Origin: an uncultured Candidatus Peribacteria bacterium | GTDB lineage: Bacteria > Patescibacteriota > Gracilibacteria > Peribacterales > Peribacteraceae | Reading direction: 5' to 3' | DNA: 64,000 nucleotides | Assembly (NCBI GenBank): GCA_964448405.1 | Contig: CAYUVW010000002.1 | Span: forward strand, 7,745 to 71,744 | Part shown: in pieces, positions 10,401 to 18,473 of the stretch | Numbering within the stretch: position 1 is the stretch's first letter | Layout of the letters: every line of letters starts with the position of its first letter | Notes under the pieces: model-generated | What the model saw: the letters and a program-made list of their open reading frames with translations, nothing else | Databases searched by the model: none | What the model was told of the DNA's origin: nothing | Position numbers and translations under genes: made by a program

Positions 10401-10734
10401 GATCCAAATCGGCATTCGTGAATTTGGTGACCCCGTCCACAAGCAGCGCAACGTGCCTGCCAAAGCGACTGGTGATTTCATCTTTCTTGACCGGCGCATC
10501 TTCCAAAACGTCGTGCAACAAGGCTGCAATGACCGTATCGCGGTCGCCATGCCACTGGCCGATGATCTCGGCCACTTCAATGACATGGTTCACGTACGGC
10601 GAACCATCGTGACGCGTTTGTCCGGCATGCGCTTCGCAAGCCAGCTTGTACGCGTCGCGCACATCATGGAGGTGATTCTCGGAAAGGTATCCGAGAATGC
10701 TCTCCAGCCGAGAGAAATCATGAATGGAATGCAC
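7417..10734 (-). CDS. long RelA/SpoT homologue (HD hydrolase, synthetase-like, TGS, ACT-like) fused to a ~14-TM region including a DMT/EamA-like permease
   Basis: Single 1105-codon ORF with a GTG start. HD motifs RHDGSPYVNHVIEVA, HDVLED and IKLADRLHN. Synthetase-like DYIAVPAESGYRSLHTHV and IDIRLRTAEMHEQAQFG. TGS around aa 385-442. From about aa 643 (nt 8808 downward) continuous TM helices run to the C-terminus. Confidence 0.85.
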   Translation of the reverse strand: MHSIHDFSRLESILGYLSENHLHDVRDAYKLACEAHAGQTRHDGSPYVNHVIEVAEIIGQWHGDRDTVIAALLHDVLEDAPVKKDEITSRFGRHVALLVDGVTKFTNADLDHDLPLDRKTETLRKLFDVMRRDIRVAIIKLADRLHNIYTIDLLPSPERRKRFALETLNVYHKLALHLGMRDVRQTFADFCVPYAFDDDGERAKKLRDAECAQGELLFPSIERQLRAEDEHNALEMLEMQPRDLLKFLQRMRERMWQPAASDAFSVVVIVKSEEACYQLLKHIHTLYRPVSGKFRDYIAVPAESGYRSLHTHVTLPDGVVIDIRLRTAEMHEQAQFGVTTFLFRGAGVGPKFSWLQRSAEIDLQTRENSGEFWDALESDILRETMSVCVDRQRIAIPKDSTALDAVYALYRERAGNAEHISIDGQPAALSHILKPDDDVYVTMADHEVITFDWLKYVKTRLARSMIVDVLKQRDRSEKIMLGMDLLQRELDFYKKGLVRDLPKAKQQHVADHFRRRDFEDVITMIGEGVLRARDIVFYLYPEHRRFPFVRLLQRKGYNFRLCVSGTSDRQRDVQVRLNQLIQEADVSITGTVIRFDAATHTFEIYLSGASLDRLHFADFIDILERQDWISKVQTMLSMHQRAGLTLSFLVALGVLVGYVLLLPQYYKAFAGVPSMPLFLLHVLPLIPILGANYYFLSLLQHYVLSMRREQWFFGLGFVLNVFGVLLVMWKLPVLTGQVPLLMVLFLFTFAMLFLGYRFVRTLFELEPRRAPSAALTIAGAKSIKNARRQKITGYLLRFGAVFIWGIEPVLIRYTSIQTLSPLLRVHIWAVAGAISGFAAIFILNLFYKSGQKLAYKTPYNRYFWIIVFANLSYNYFLHKSLLFTTATNVNLVLSYAPVFALLLAFLVWRRRISYLNSPKSIQQIFMLFGLSALGGTMLVYNDFQTTAQGALGDLFALMIAFSDVAFMMSNIHYVKYSGVATNTISLATHHFVWIAAATLAMILGGNLFFGLDITFNLTMNQWVTNIGVGVITLVGLVLTFEAFKRIDGLLAFMMLNLAPFIAFLFELLFFRHTINTNVLFFVGGGLIIIASIVAEVINSRCEKIV

Positions 10735-10834
10735 GGAAGGGCGTTACCTTCGAGTATATACGCCTTTCGTAGGCATGGACCAGCACAAGCACGGCAACTC
10801 ATGGAAATCTGCATCGCAAAAACCCCCGTACACG

Positions 10835-10854
10835 AAAAAAGGGCCCGAAGGCCC
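10835..10854 (-). terminator. intrinsic terminator (GGGCC-TTCG-GGCCC followed by T6 on the minus strand)
   Basis: Plus strand reads AAAAAAGGGCCCGAAGGCCC: a 5-bp GC stem, a tetraloop and a U-run in the minus orientation. Confidence 0.65.
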
Positions 10855-10946
10855 TCTCTTCCTTTTTAAGCTGCGAGGGTCAAATTACTGACCGCAGCCA
10901 CAACCTGGTCCAACCATAATGGGGTGTGGGAAAGAAATGAAGTAAC
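10835..10946 (-). ncRNA. candidate ~110-nt transcript (sRNA or rel leader) bounded by a promoter-like site and a terminator
   Basis: On the minus strand: TTGACG (10977-10982), an 18-nt spacer, TATATT (10953-10958), then three predicted hairpins ending in the terminator at 10835-10854. Contains a 10-codon mini-ORF, MVGPGCGCGQ (10885-10917). Confidence 0.3.
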
Positions 10947-11075
10947 AGACACAATATACTTTAGACCTTAAGCATTCGTCAAGGGTATAGAGAGGAAAAT
11001 GCCAGAAAGTACCTCAAACCTTGTCCTATTGATTCTCTACAGATTGCAAAGAACAAAGATTCTCTCGTAATACGC

Positions 11076-12014
11076 TTAGAGGACCTTCAGTTTTCCCTTG
11101 GCGTCGGTGATCGATTTGTAGCCCTTCTTCTCCAAAACGGCCTTCAGTTCGGACTCTATACGCGCAAAGCAGGCTTCGCCCTCCTCGTAGAACGCCGTAC
11201 CGATCTGCACCGCATCGGCACCGCACAGCAGATACTCGAATGCATCGGTACCCGTACGAATGCCGCCCACGCCAATGACCGCCATTTTGTCTCCGAGCAT
11301 TTGCGAGAACGCACGTACGTTGGCCAATGCGATCGGCTTAATGAAGTCCCCTCCCAGTCCGCCGAAGCCGCCTTTGGGCTTAATGAGCGGTTGTTCGGTT
11401 TCCGGATCGATAATGAGCGTATTGCCGACCGAGTTGATGCAACACACGAACGCGAGCGGGTATTTCTTCAGAATCGCACCGATCTGTTCGGTATGGATGG
11501 GATCGAAGTACGGCGGAAGCTTTACGCCCATCGGCTTCTTGCCGATCTTCATGATGCTCCCCAAGATCTCGTCGGTCTTCTGGAAGTCGTAAGCAATCTG
11601 CGGCTTACCCTTCACGTTGGGGCACGACAAGTTCACTTCGATGATATCCACCTCGCTCTCCTGGAACGCCTTCACCAACATCGGGTAGTCGTCCGGCGAC
11701 AAGCCGGCCACGCTGGCGATGATGGGCTTCTTGGTTTCTTTCTTCAGGCCGGCGGCGAACTTCACGTATTCCAGGTACCCCAGGTTCGGCAGACCCATGC
11801 TGTTAATGGACCCGTACGGCTTCTTCACGAATGCATAGCGCGGCTCCTCGTTGCCATCGCGCGGTAGCAGCGTGCAGGATTTCATGACAACCGCAGCGGC
11901 GCCCGATCGGGCGATGGTCTGCAATTCGTCCCAGGTGACATCCTTGGGGCCAGACGCGTTGAAAACGTAACCGGGGAGTGAGACTCCTCCGATGGTCGTG
12001 TTGAGGGTGGCCAT
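11076..12014 (-). CDS. pyrD: dihydroorotate dehydrogenase, class 1A-like
   Basis: 313 aa from ATG 12014 (MATLNTTIGG). Motifs NASGP, NLSCPNVKGKPQIAYDF and GGIRTGTDAFEYLLCGA. The track ORF's N-terminal extension is rejected. Confidence 0.9.
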   Translation of the reverse strand: MATLNTTIGGVSLPGYVFNASGPKDVTWDELQTIARSGAAAVVMKSCTLLPRDGNEEPRYAFVKKPYGSINSMGLPNLGYLEYVKFAAGLKKETKKPIIASVAGLSPDDYPMLVKAFQESEVDIIEVNLSCPNVKGKPQIAYDFQKTDEILGSIMKIGKKPMGVKLPPYFDPIHTEQIGAILKKYPLAFVCCINSVGNTLIIDPETEQPLIKPKGGFGGLGGDFIKPIALANVRAFSQMLGDKMAVIGVGGIRTGTDAFEYLLCGADAVQIGTAFYEEGEACFARIESELKAVLEKKGYKSITDAKGKLKVL

Positions 12015-12095
12015 ATGGGGCAAGTGTAACATTCCGTGGACAGGCGACAACAAAAATCGACAATGATTGTGTGTGCCAGTAACCTTGCAGGTCAT

Positions 12096-13022
12096 ATGCA
12101 CCTCTTGCGCATGATTGAACGGCGTCCCGGACTGATCTTCTGTCTCGCACTCGTGCTGGGCATCGTAGCCCCGTTGCCATGGAGCATCGGATCGTTGCTG
12201 CAATGGCTGATGGGTTTTCTACTGTTCTTGTCGTTCTTGGGAGTGAATCTGGTCCACGTGCGCTCCGAGCTGAAGCAACCTGTCCGGTTGGCCGTGCAGA
12301 TCCTGCTGCAATTCATCCTGCTGCCACTTGCACTGTTCGCCGTGCTGCGCTCGGCCGGACTACCGACGTATGCCACCGCTGCCATGCTGCTCGCTGCCAT
12401 GCCGGCAGGATTGGGCAGCCCCGTATTCACAGCTATCGCGCGGGGCCGCATGGAGACCAGCGTGGTGTATTCGGTCATCACGCATCTCCTTGTACCGGTC
12501 ACGGTGCCGCTCTTGTTCTGGATCGCAACCAACGTGGCAGTGCAGGTGGACAGCATCGCCATCGCCAAGCAGTTGGCACTTTTGGTAGGCATACCGATGG
12601 TGCTCGCCGCCGTAATGCGGACATACGCCGCCGGAGCGGTCGAGTGTACCCGGTCATTGCGTAAACCGGCTTCCATCTTGGCGTTGGCTGCCGTCGCGTA
12701 CATCGCTATCACACCGCACGCCGGAACCATCCGCAGCGATGTCCTATCTGTCATTCCTTTGCTGGTCGGGCTGTACGTGTTCTATGTCGTCCTATGCCTG
12801 GCCGCATTCGCTTGCACCGTGGGTCGCATGCCGGAAGAGCGTGCGGCTATCATCGTCAGCCGCATCTACATGAACAACGCGCTGGCAATCGTGCTGGCAA
12901 CGAAGTTCTTCAGCAAAGACGTTGCCTTCGCGATGATCCTCGCAGAAATACCGTGGTTCACCACATTCAGCGCGTACCTGTGGTTCCAGAAGCGGTTCAT
13001 GAAGCTGTCGCCTTCGGCATAG
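12096..13022 (+). CDS. bile acid:sodium symporter (BASS/SBF) family transporter
   Basis: About 9-10 TM. LLAAMPAGLGSPVFTAIARGRMETSV resembles the BASS signature region. Start chosen at ATG 12096; 12036 is the alternative. Confidence 0.6.
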   Translation: MHLLRMIERRPGLIFCLALVLGIVAPLPWSIGSLLQWLMGFLLFLSFLGVNLVHVRSELKQPVRLAVQILLQFILLPLALFAVLRSAGLPTYATAAMLLAAMPAGLGSPVFTAIARGRMETSVVYSVITHLLVPVTVPLLFWIATNVAVQVDSIAIAKQLALLVGIPMVLAAVMRTYAAGAVECTRSLRKPASILALAAVAYIAITPHAGTIRSDVLSVIPLLVGLYVFYVVLCLAAFACTVGRMPEERAAIIVSRIYMNNALAIVLATKFFSKDVAFAMILAEIPWFTTFSAYLWFQKRFMKLSPSA

Positions 13023-13026
13023 ATCA

Positions 13027-14673
13027 TCAGGCCCGCTTCACCGCCTCTTTCATCATGGCGGCGAACAACGGATGCGGGCGATGCGGACGGCTCTTGAATT
13101 CGGGGTGGAACTGGCTGCCGACCATGAACGGATGGTCCTTCACTTCCACGATCTCCATGAGTCCGGTCTTCGGCCATTCGCCCGAGAAGATGAGCCCCTT
13201 GTCCTCCAATTGCTTGCGGAACGCGTTGTTGAATTCGTAACGGTGGCGATGGCGCTCCACAATCTCCGGCGTGCCGTAGGCCTTGGCGGCTTTGGTGCCC
13301 GGCTTCAGTTTGCAGCGGTATTCACCCAGGCGCAGCGTGCCTCCTTTCTCGCTGTCTTTGTGTTGATTGGGCAAGAAGTGCACCACGTATTTGTCGCGAC
13401 CGAGCTTTCCTTCTTCATCGAATTCCTCGCTCGTCAGCTTGTTGTCACCCAATGCGGCACGGGCGAACTCAATTGCTAGCAGCTGCGCGCCCAGACACAG
13501 TCCCAGGTACGGGACCTTCTTGGTACGGGCGTAGTTGGCAGCCAGAATCTTGCCTTCAATACCGCGCTTGCCGAACCCGCCCGGCACGATGATGCCGGCG
13601 CATGCCTTCAGGCGCTCCCAAGTGTCGGCGTCTTTCTTCTCCAGCTTCTCGCTGTCGATCCACACGATCTCGGCCTTGCGCTTGTGGAACACCGCCGCCG
13701 ATTTCACGGATTCGATGACGCTCAGATACGCGTCGTCCAAGTGCGTGTACTTGCCGACCAGTGCGATGTGAATGGGCTTCACCGAAGCCTCGTGGCGCTT
13801 GCGGCCCTCTTCCCACTCCGTCATGTCTGGGCGCAGGCGGCCGAGTTTGAGCTTGTCGCCGATGATCTGCGCAATGGCGTATTGCTGGAAGTTGAGCGGC
13901 ACGTCGTAGATGGAGCTGACGGTGAGCGCCGGAATGACGGCCTCGCGGCGCACGTCGCAGAAGCGGCTGATTTTGTCCAAAAGCTCCGTCGGGATTTTGT
14001 AGTCGGCACGCGCAAGGATGACATCCGGCTGCAGGCCGATGCGACGCAGCTCACGCACGGACAACTGCGTGGGCTTAGTCTTCAGCTCCTTTGAACCCTT
14101 CAGGTACGGCAACAACGTCAGATGCACATGGAAAATTTGATCGGGACCCATCTCGGACTTCATTTGGCGAATAGCCTCCAGGAACGGCTCTCCTTCAATG
14201 TCTCCTACCGTGCCGCCGACTTCGACCATCATGATGTCGGTCTTGCTGTCGCGCGCGGCTCCGATGATGGAATCCTTGATGGCGTTGGTGATGTGCGGAA
14301 CAACCTGGATGGTACCGCCGAGAAAGTCGCCTTTGCGCTCGCGGCGCAAAACATCCGTATAAATTTTTCCGGTCGTGACCGTGGACAGCTTGCTCATCGG
14401 CTCGTCGATGAAGCGTTCGTAGTGACCCAAATCCAAATCGGTTTCCGCACCGTCATCGGTAACGAATACCTCTCCGTGCTGAAACGGACTCATGGTTCCG
14501 GGGTCCACGTTCAGGTACGGATCCAGCTTCTGTACGAACACTTTGTAGCCGCACGCCTTCATGATGGCGCCGATGCTCGCGGCGGCAATACCCTTGCCGA
14601 GAGAACTGCAGACACCACCGGTGACAATAATGAATTTGGCGCGTGACTTCGGTGATGTGGATGCTTTTTTCAT
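13027..14673 (-). CDS. pyrG: CTP synthase
   Basis: KFIIVTGGVCSSLGKGI, glutaminase YLGLCLGAQ and ERHRHRYEFN. Start at ATG 14673; the upstream ATG 14727 is possible. Confidence 0.95.
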   Translation of the reverse strand: MKKASTSPKSRAKFIIVTGGVCSSLGKGIAAASIGAIMKACGYKVFVQKLDPYLNVDPGTMSPFQHGEVFVTDDGAETDLDLGHYERFIDEPMSKLSTVTTGKIYTDVLRRERKGDFLGGTIQVVPHITNAIKDSIIGAARDSKTDIMMVEVGGTVGDIEGEPFLEAIRQMKSEMGPDQIFHVHLTLLPYLKGSKELKTKPTQLSVRELRRIGLQPDVILARADYKIPTELLDKISRFCDVRREAVIPALTVSSIYDVPLNFQQYAIAQIIGDKLKLGRLRPDMTEWEEGRKRHEASVKPIHIALVGKYTHLDDAYLSVIESVKSAAVFHKRKAEIVWIDSEKLEKKDADTWERLKACAGIIVPGGFGKRGIEGKILAANYARTKKVPYLGLCLGAQLLAIEFARAALGDNKLTSEEFDEEGKLGRDKYVVHFLPNQHKDSEKGGTLRLGEYRCKLKPGTKAAKAYGTPEIVERHRHRYEFNNAFRKQLEDKGLIFSGEWPKTGLMEIVEVKDHPFMVGSQFHPEFKSRPHRPHPLFAAMMKEAVKRA

Positions 14674-14825
14674 GGGAGAGATACAGCGGAAAGAGGGCAA
14701 TCCTTTCGGGGGAACCCTTCGGCTCATGTCTATTTCACGAGCCCGCCGTGTATTCTACGCAAAACGGGCCGCCGCACAAATGTTTTTTCAGAGAAGTGCA
14801 ACGGCCCGCTGTTTCTTCGGGTCAA

Positions 14826-15173
14826 TTATTTGCCTTTGGCGGCCTTCTTCGCCTTCTGTTCGCTCAGAAGACGCTTGGCCTCTTTCGAGCCGAGCTTCAC
14901 CATTTTCTCGACTTCTTTCTTGGAACTCTTGTAGTACTTGGCAGCGTACTTCTTGCCCTGGGCAAGCGTCTTTTCCCAATCTTGGCTGTCGACGAAGGTC
15001 TTTACTTCCTTCGCGACCTGTCCGCCGTCGGACGAAAGGTGCTTACCAAGGATTTTGGCCGCCGCACTGGCGTCCTTGGCATCCATGAGTTCGTTGCGGA
15101 GCTTCTTGTTGGAGAACACGTAACCGGCCATGACTCCGCCAAGAGATCCGAGGAGCAAGCTTAATTTCTTCAT
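14826..15173 (-). CDS. YtxH-like small membrane-anchored protein
   Basis: 115 aa. N-terminal hydrophobic helix LLLGSLGGVMAGYVF, then a Lys/Ala/Glu-rich helical region. Confidence 0.5.
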   Translation of the reverse strand: MKKLSLLLGSLGGVMAGYVFSNKKLRNELMDAKDASAAAKILGKHLSSDGGQVAKEVKTFVDSQDWEKTLAQGKKYAAKYYKSSKKEVEKMVKLGSKEAKRLLSEQKAKKAAKGK

Positions 15174-15235
15174 AAGGAGTGTGGGGGAGAAACTAGGAGA
15201 GAGTCTAGCATTGATGACGAACGAGAAACAGATTC

Positions 15236-17575
15236 TTACACCGAAAAATGCTTGCGAAGCGCTTCAAGCTGTTTCTCATTCAGGATCGTACGCAGTTCCA
15301 CGTCGGTTGCCGCACGCACGCCATCGACAGAACCAAAACGCTTCAGTAGCGCGGCTTTCAGCAATGGGCCGACTCCGGGAATCTCGTCCAATGCCGACGC
15401 AAACGTGGCCTTCGTCATGCGAGTTTTACGCTTCTCATTGGCGAACCGGTGAGATTCATCGCGAATGCGCTGCAACAGGAATTGGGCCGGGTCCTGCTTG
15501 GGAATGGGAATCGGCATCGAGTCACCGGGTACGAAAATCTCTTCTTCACGCTTGGCAATGGACGCCAACGGAACATGTGAAAGCTCCAGTTCGCACAGCA
15601 CGTCGTAGACCGCACCAAGCTGGCCTTTGCCGCCGTCAATAAGGAGGAGATTGGGCACCGACGTGAATGAATCATCGGGCTTTTCCTTCTTCACGTCGTA
15701 GGAAAGGATAATACGACGCTCCTGGCCGGGGTGCTTCTCGGCCAAGCCGTCGACGTATTCTTTGAGTGCTTCATGTCCTTCGATGACATACCGAAAACCA
15801 AGCTGTGCGTAGGATTCCTCCAGCGCCGGATCGACAACCGCGTACACCTTTCCTTTATCTTGGGTCGCCAGCAACGTGCGGATAAGTACCGTGGCAACCA
15901 GACGTGCACTCTCGTTCGCCGTCCACACCGTACGCAGCACACGCACCGACGGCGTGCACTCAAACAGCTGTGCCGTACCAACGATTTCCTCGCCGTGTCG
16001 GGCAACCGCAAAATTTTTGTAGTGGATGGTGCGGTCTTCCAGAGAATCAGCATGAGCAGCTGCGACTTCTTCCAGTGTTTTTTGCTCAGCCTTGCGAGCT
16101 TTGCCGATCTCGATCCCCTGCTTGGAAAGACGCGCGCGGTCGGATTTCAGATCGTAGGCCAGGTACTTCAGGCGACGACGCAGGACTTCTGCCAATGATT
16201 GATAATCGTCGATATCGCCCTTTTTCAGACTCTTAATGGTAAAGGAGCGGTAATGCTGCCGCTTGGGTTTGCCGCTCTCGAACACAACCATACTGCCCAC
16301 CGTGTCGGCGCCGCCCATGTGTGAAATATCGTAACCCTCAATGCGCTTCGGCGCTTCCGGTAAGCCGAGCAACTTCCGCAGTGATTCGACTGCTTCTTCG
16401 GATTTGCGCAGTTCGGCTTCCCACGCCGCAAACTGCTGACGTACTTTTTCATCGGCGTTCTTCTCGGCCATTTCCAATAATTTGGATTTCTTGCCGCGCT
16501 CGGGAATCCACAGCTTCACCGCCTTGCCACGACGTTCGCGCAACCACGTCTCCAACAACGTCGCTTCGGGAATCGGATCGCGAACGATGACGGTATCCGG
16601 AATATCCTGCGTGTCGGCATAGTATTGCGGCAGGAATTGCGCCATGGCTTCGGCGGCATTCTCCGCCTCTCCTTTCAGGGCGAAGCCCACCTGTTCAATG
16701 ACTTTGCCGTCGCGTTCACGCAGCAATACAACCTGAATCTTGCCCTGACGGAACGCGATGCCGAAGACGTCTGCATTTTCTCCCGATGTATCCGACACGA
16801 TCTGCCTGCTTTCCAAATCCGCAATGAATTTGAGTACGTCGCGCAGTCGAGCGGCGACCTCGAACTTCCTGTCCTTTGCCGCAGCGAACATTTTTTCTTC
16901 CGCTTTCTTTTTCACCGATTGCAAATTGCCGCGAAAGAACCGTTCAACTTCGCCGATGCGCTCTGCATACTCCGCTTGCGACAATGAGCCGATGCACAGG
17001 CCGCAGCACTTGCCGATCTGAAACTCCAAACAAGGAGTATCCAGCATCTTGGCGGCAGCCTGCGTCGTGTGATTCAGTGCATCGAGTGATTTGCGGCACG
17101 CACGGAATTTCAAAATGCCATCGAGCATATCCAGCGTGGCATTGGTAGAAGACGCGCCCAAGAACGGCCCGAAATACTTTGCTCCGTCTTCTTCCAGGCG
17201 CCGCACGACCTCGACACTCGGGTATGAATCCTGCACCGACAGGCGCACGTACACATATCCTTTGTCGTCCTTCAGCATGATGTTGTACTTCGGCTTCAGC
17301 TTCTTAATAAGGTTGGACTCCAACATGAACGCTTCCAACTCGCTGCGCACGATGGTGACGTCCACATCGGCGATCTGCTTCACCATAATGGCTTTCCACG
17401 GGTCCAATTTGGCGCCGGGCGCCACGTAACTCCGCAGACGGTTGCGGATGTTCTTGGCTTTGCCGACGTACATCACGTTGCCTTCTTTATCGAGCCAGCG
17501 GTACACGCCGGGCTCGGTAGAGGCAGCACCGATGCGTCGGCGCAGCCTGGCCATGGGATTATCGGACTCCGCCAT
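15236..17575 (-). CDS. uvrC: excinuclease ABC subunit C with a ~170-aa internal insertion
   Basis: GIY-YIG (PGVYRWLDKEGNVMYVGKAKNIRNRLRSY), UVR (FEVAARLRDVLKFI), endonuclease domain (IEGYDISH ... LLLIDGGKGQL) and HhH2 (IPGVGPLLKAALLKRFGS). 779 aa, versus about 600 for a typical UvrC. Confidence 0.9.
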   Translation of the reverse strand: MAESDNPMARLRRRIGAASTEPGVYRWLDKEGNVMYVGKAKNIRNRLRSYVAPGAKLDPWKAIMVKQIADVDVTIVRSELEAFMLESNLIKKLKPKYNIMLKDDKGYVYVRLSVQDSYPSVEVVRRLEEDGAKYFGPFLGASSTNATLDMLDGILKFRACRKSLDALNHTTQAAAKMLDTPCLEFQIGKCCGLCIGSLSQAEYAERIGEVERFFRGNLQSVKKKAEEKMFAAAKDRKFEVAARLRDVLKFIADLESRQIVSDTSGENADVFGIAFRQGKIQVVLLRERDGKVIEQVGFALKGEAENAAEAMAQFLPQYYADTQDIPDTVIVRDPIPEATLLETWLRERRGKAVKLWIPERGKKSKLLEMAEKNADEKVRQQFAAWEAELRKSEEAVESLRKLLGLPEAPKRIEGYDISHMGGADTVGSMVVFESGKPKRQHYRSFTIKSLKKGDIDDYQSLAEVLRRRLKYLAYDLKSDRARLSKQGIEIGKARKAEQKTLEEVAAAHADSLEDRTIHYKNFAVARHGEEIVGTAQLFECTPSVRVLRTVWTANESARLVATVLIRTLLATQDKGKVYAVVDPALEESYAQLGFRYVIEGHEALKEYVDGLAEKHPGQERRIILSYDVKKEKPDDSFTSVPNLLLIDGGKGQLGAVYDVLCELELSHVPLASIAKREEEIFVPGDSMPIPIPKQDPAQFLLQRIRDESHRFANEKRKTRMTKATFASALDEIPGVGPLLKAALLKRFGSVDGVRAATDVELRTILNEKQLEALRKHFSV

Positions 17576-17581
17576 GGCCGC

Positions 17582-17603
17582 ATTCTACCGTGCTTGCTAC
17601 AGT
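17582..17603. promoter_or_regulatory. back-to-back -10 boxes for divergent uvrC and GT2 genes
   Basis: TAGAAT (reverse complement of 17582-17587) lies 6 nt before the uvrC ATG at 17575. TACAGT (17598-17603) lies 6 nt before ATG 17610. Confidence 0.55.
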
Positions 17604-17609
17604 GAGCAC

Positions 17610-18416
17610 ATGTCACGTCCGTTGGTTTCCGCAATCGTGCTGAATTACCGCTCCCCGCGTGACACGCACCAATGCGTGACGGCTTTGCTGGCCCAGAGCA
17701 TGGCCGACAAGCTGGAAGTCTTGATTGTGGACAACCACTCCGACGACGAATCGGCCGGCTGGTTGCGTGCCCGATGGAACGGCAAGCCGGGCGTGAAGAT
17801 TGTCGAAACCAATCGGAATATCGGCTACGGAAGAGGCAACAACGCCGCATTCCGGCATGTCGAGGGTGAGTACGTATTGATTGTGAATCCGGATAACACA
17901 CTGCCGCCCGATGCGTTGCAGAAGATGTTGGATGTGCTGCGCACCGAGAAAAACGCCGGAATCGTAGGACCGGGGCTGGTCTACGCGGACGGATCATTCC
18001 GGCCTTCGGCCAGACCGTTTCCCAGTATCGCCGACCTCTTCCGTAAACGGCTGTTCGGACAGAAGTGGCAAGCTGCATACGATGCATCCATGGCTGCCAA
18101 GCGTCACGACGTACAGCCGGTGGACTGGCTGGTGGGGGCATGCTTACTCCTGAAAAGCGACTTCTACGCCCAGTTACAGGGTTTTGATGATCGCTATTTC
18201 CTCTTCTTTGAAGACATCGATTTGTGCCGCCGCTGCTGGAGTGCGGGCAAACGCGTGCTGTATGCGCCGAGTATTCATGTGCTGGACCGACGCCAACGAC
18301 TGAGTGGCAACAACATGCTTTCCCTCCTAACGCGCAAGACAACCCGTATCCATGCTTTCAGCGCGCTACAGTACTTTTGGAAGTGGAAAGGGGCCGCAAC
18401 GCCGAAGGCCGCATAA
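17610..18416 (+). CDS. family 2 glycosyltransferase (rhamnosyltransferase-like)
   Basis: 268 aa from ATG 17610. SAIVLNYRSPRDT, VDNHSDDES, LIVNPDN and FFEDIDLCRR. Confidence 0.8.
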   Translation: MSRPLVSAIVLNYRSPRDTHQCVTALLAQSMADKLEVLIVDNHSDDESAGWLRARWNGKPGVKIVETNRNIGYGRGNNAAFRHVEGEYVLIVNPDNTLPPDALQKMLDVLRTEKNAGIVGPGLVYADGSFRPSARPFPSIADLFRKRLFGQKWQAAYDASMAAKRHDVQPVDWLVGACLLLKSDFYAQLQGFDDRYFLFFEDIDLCRRCWSAGKRVLYAPSIHVLDRRQRLSGNNMLSLLTRKTTRIHAFSALQYFWKWKGAATPKAA

Positions 18417-18473
18417 AGAGGCACGCCAAATCGCATTGACCTCCGTTCGTAGAATCCCTACCCTGTGCCAGCT

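Noticed and set aside
9460-10869. 469-aa plus-strand ORF inside the RSH gene
   Set aside because: The opposite strand encodes unmistakable HD/RelA-SpoT/TGS motifs. This frame has none and is Arg/Gln/His-rich.
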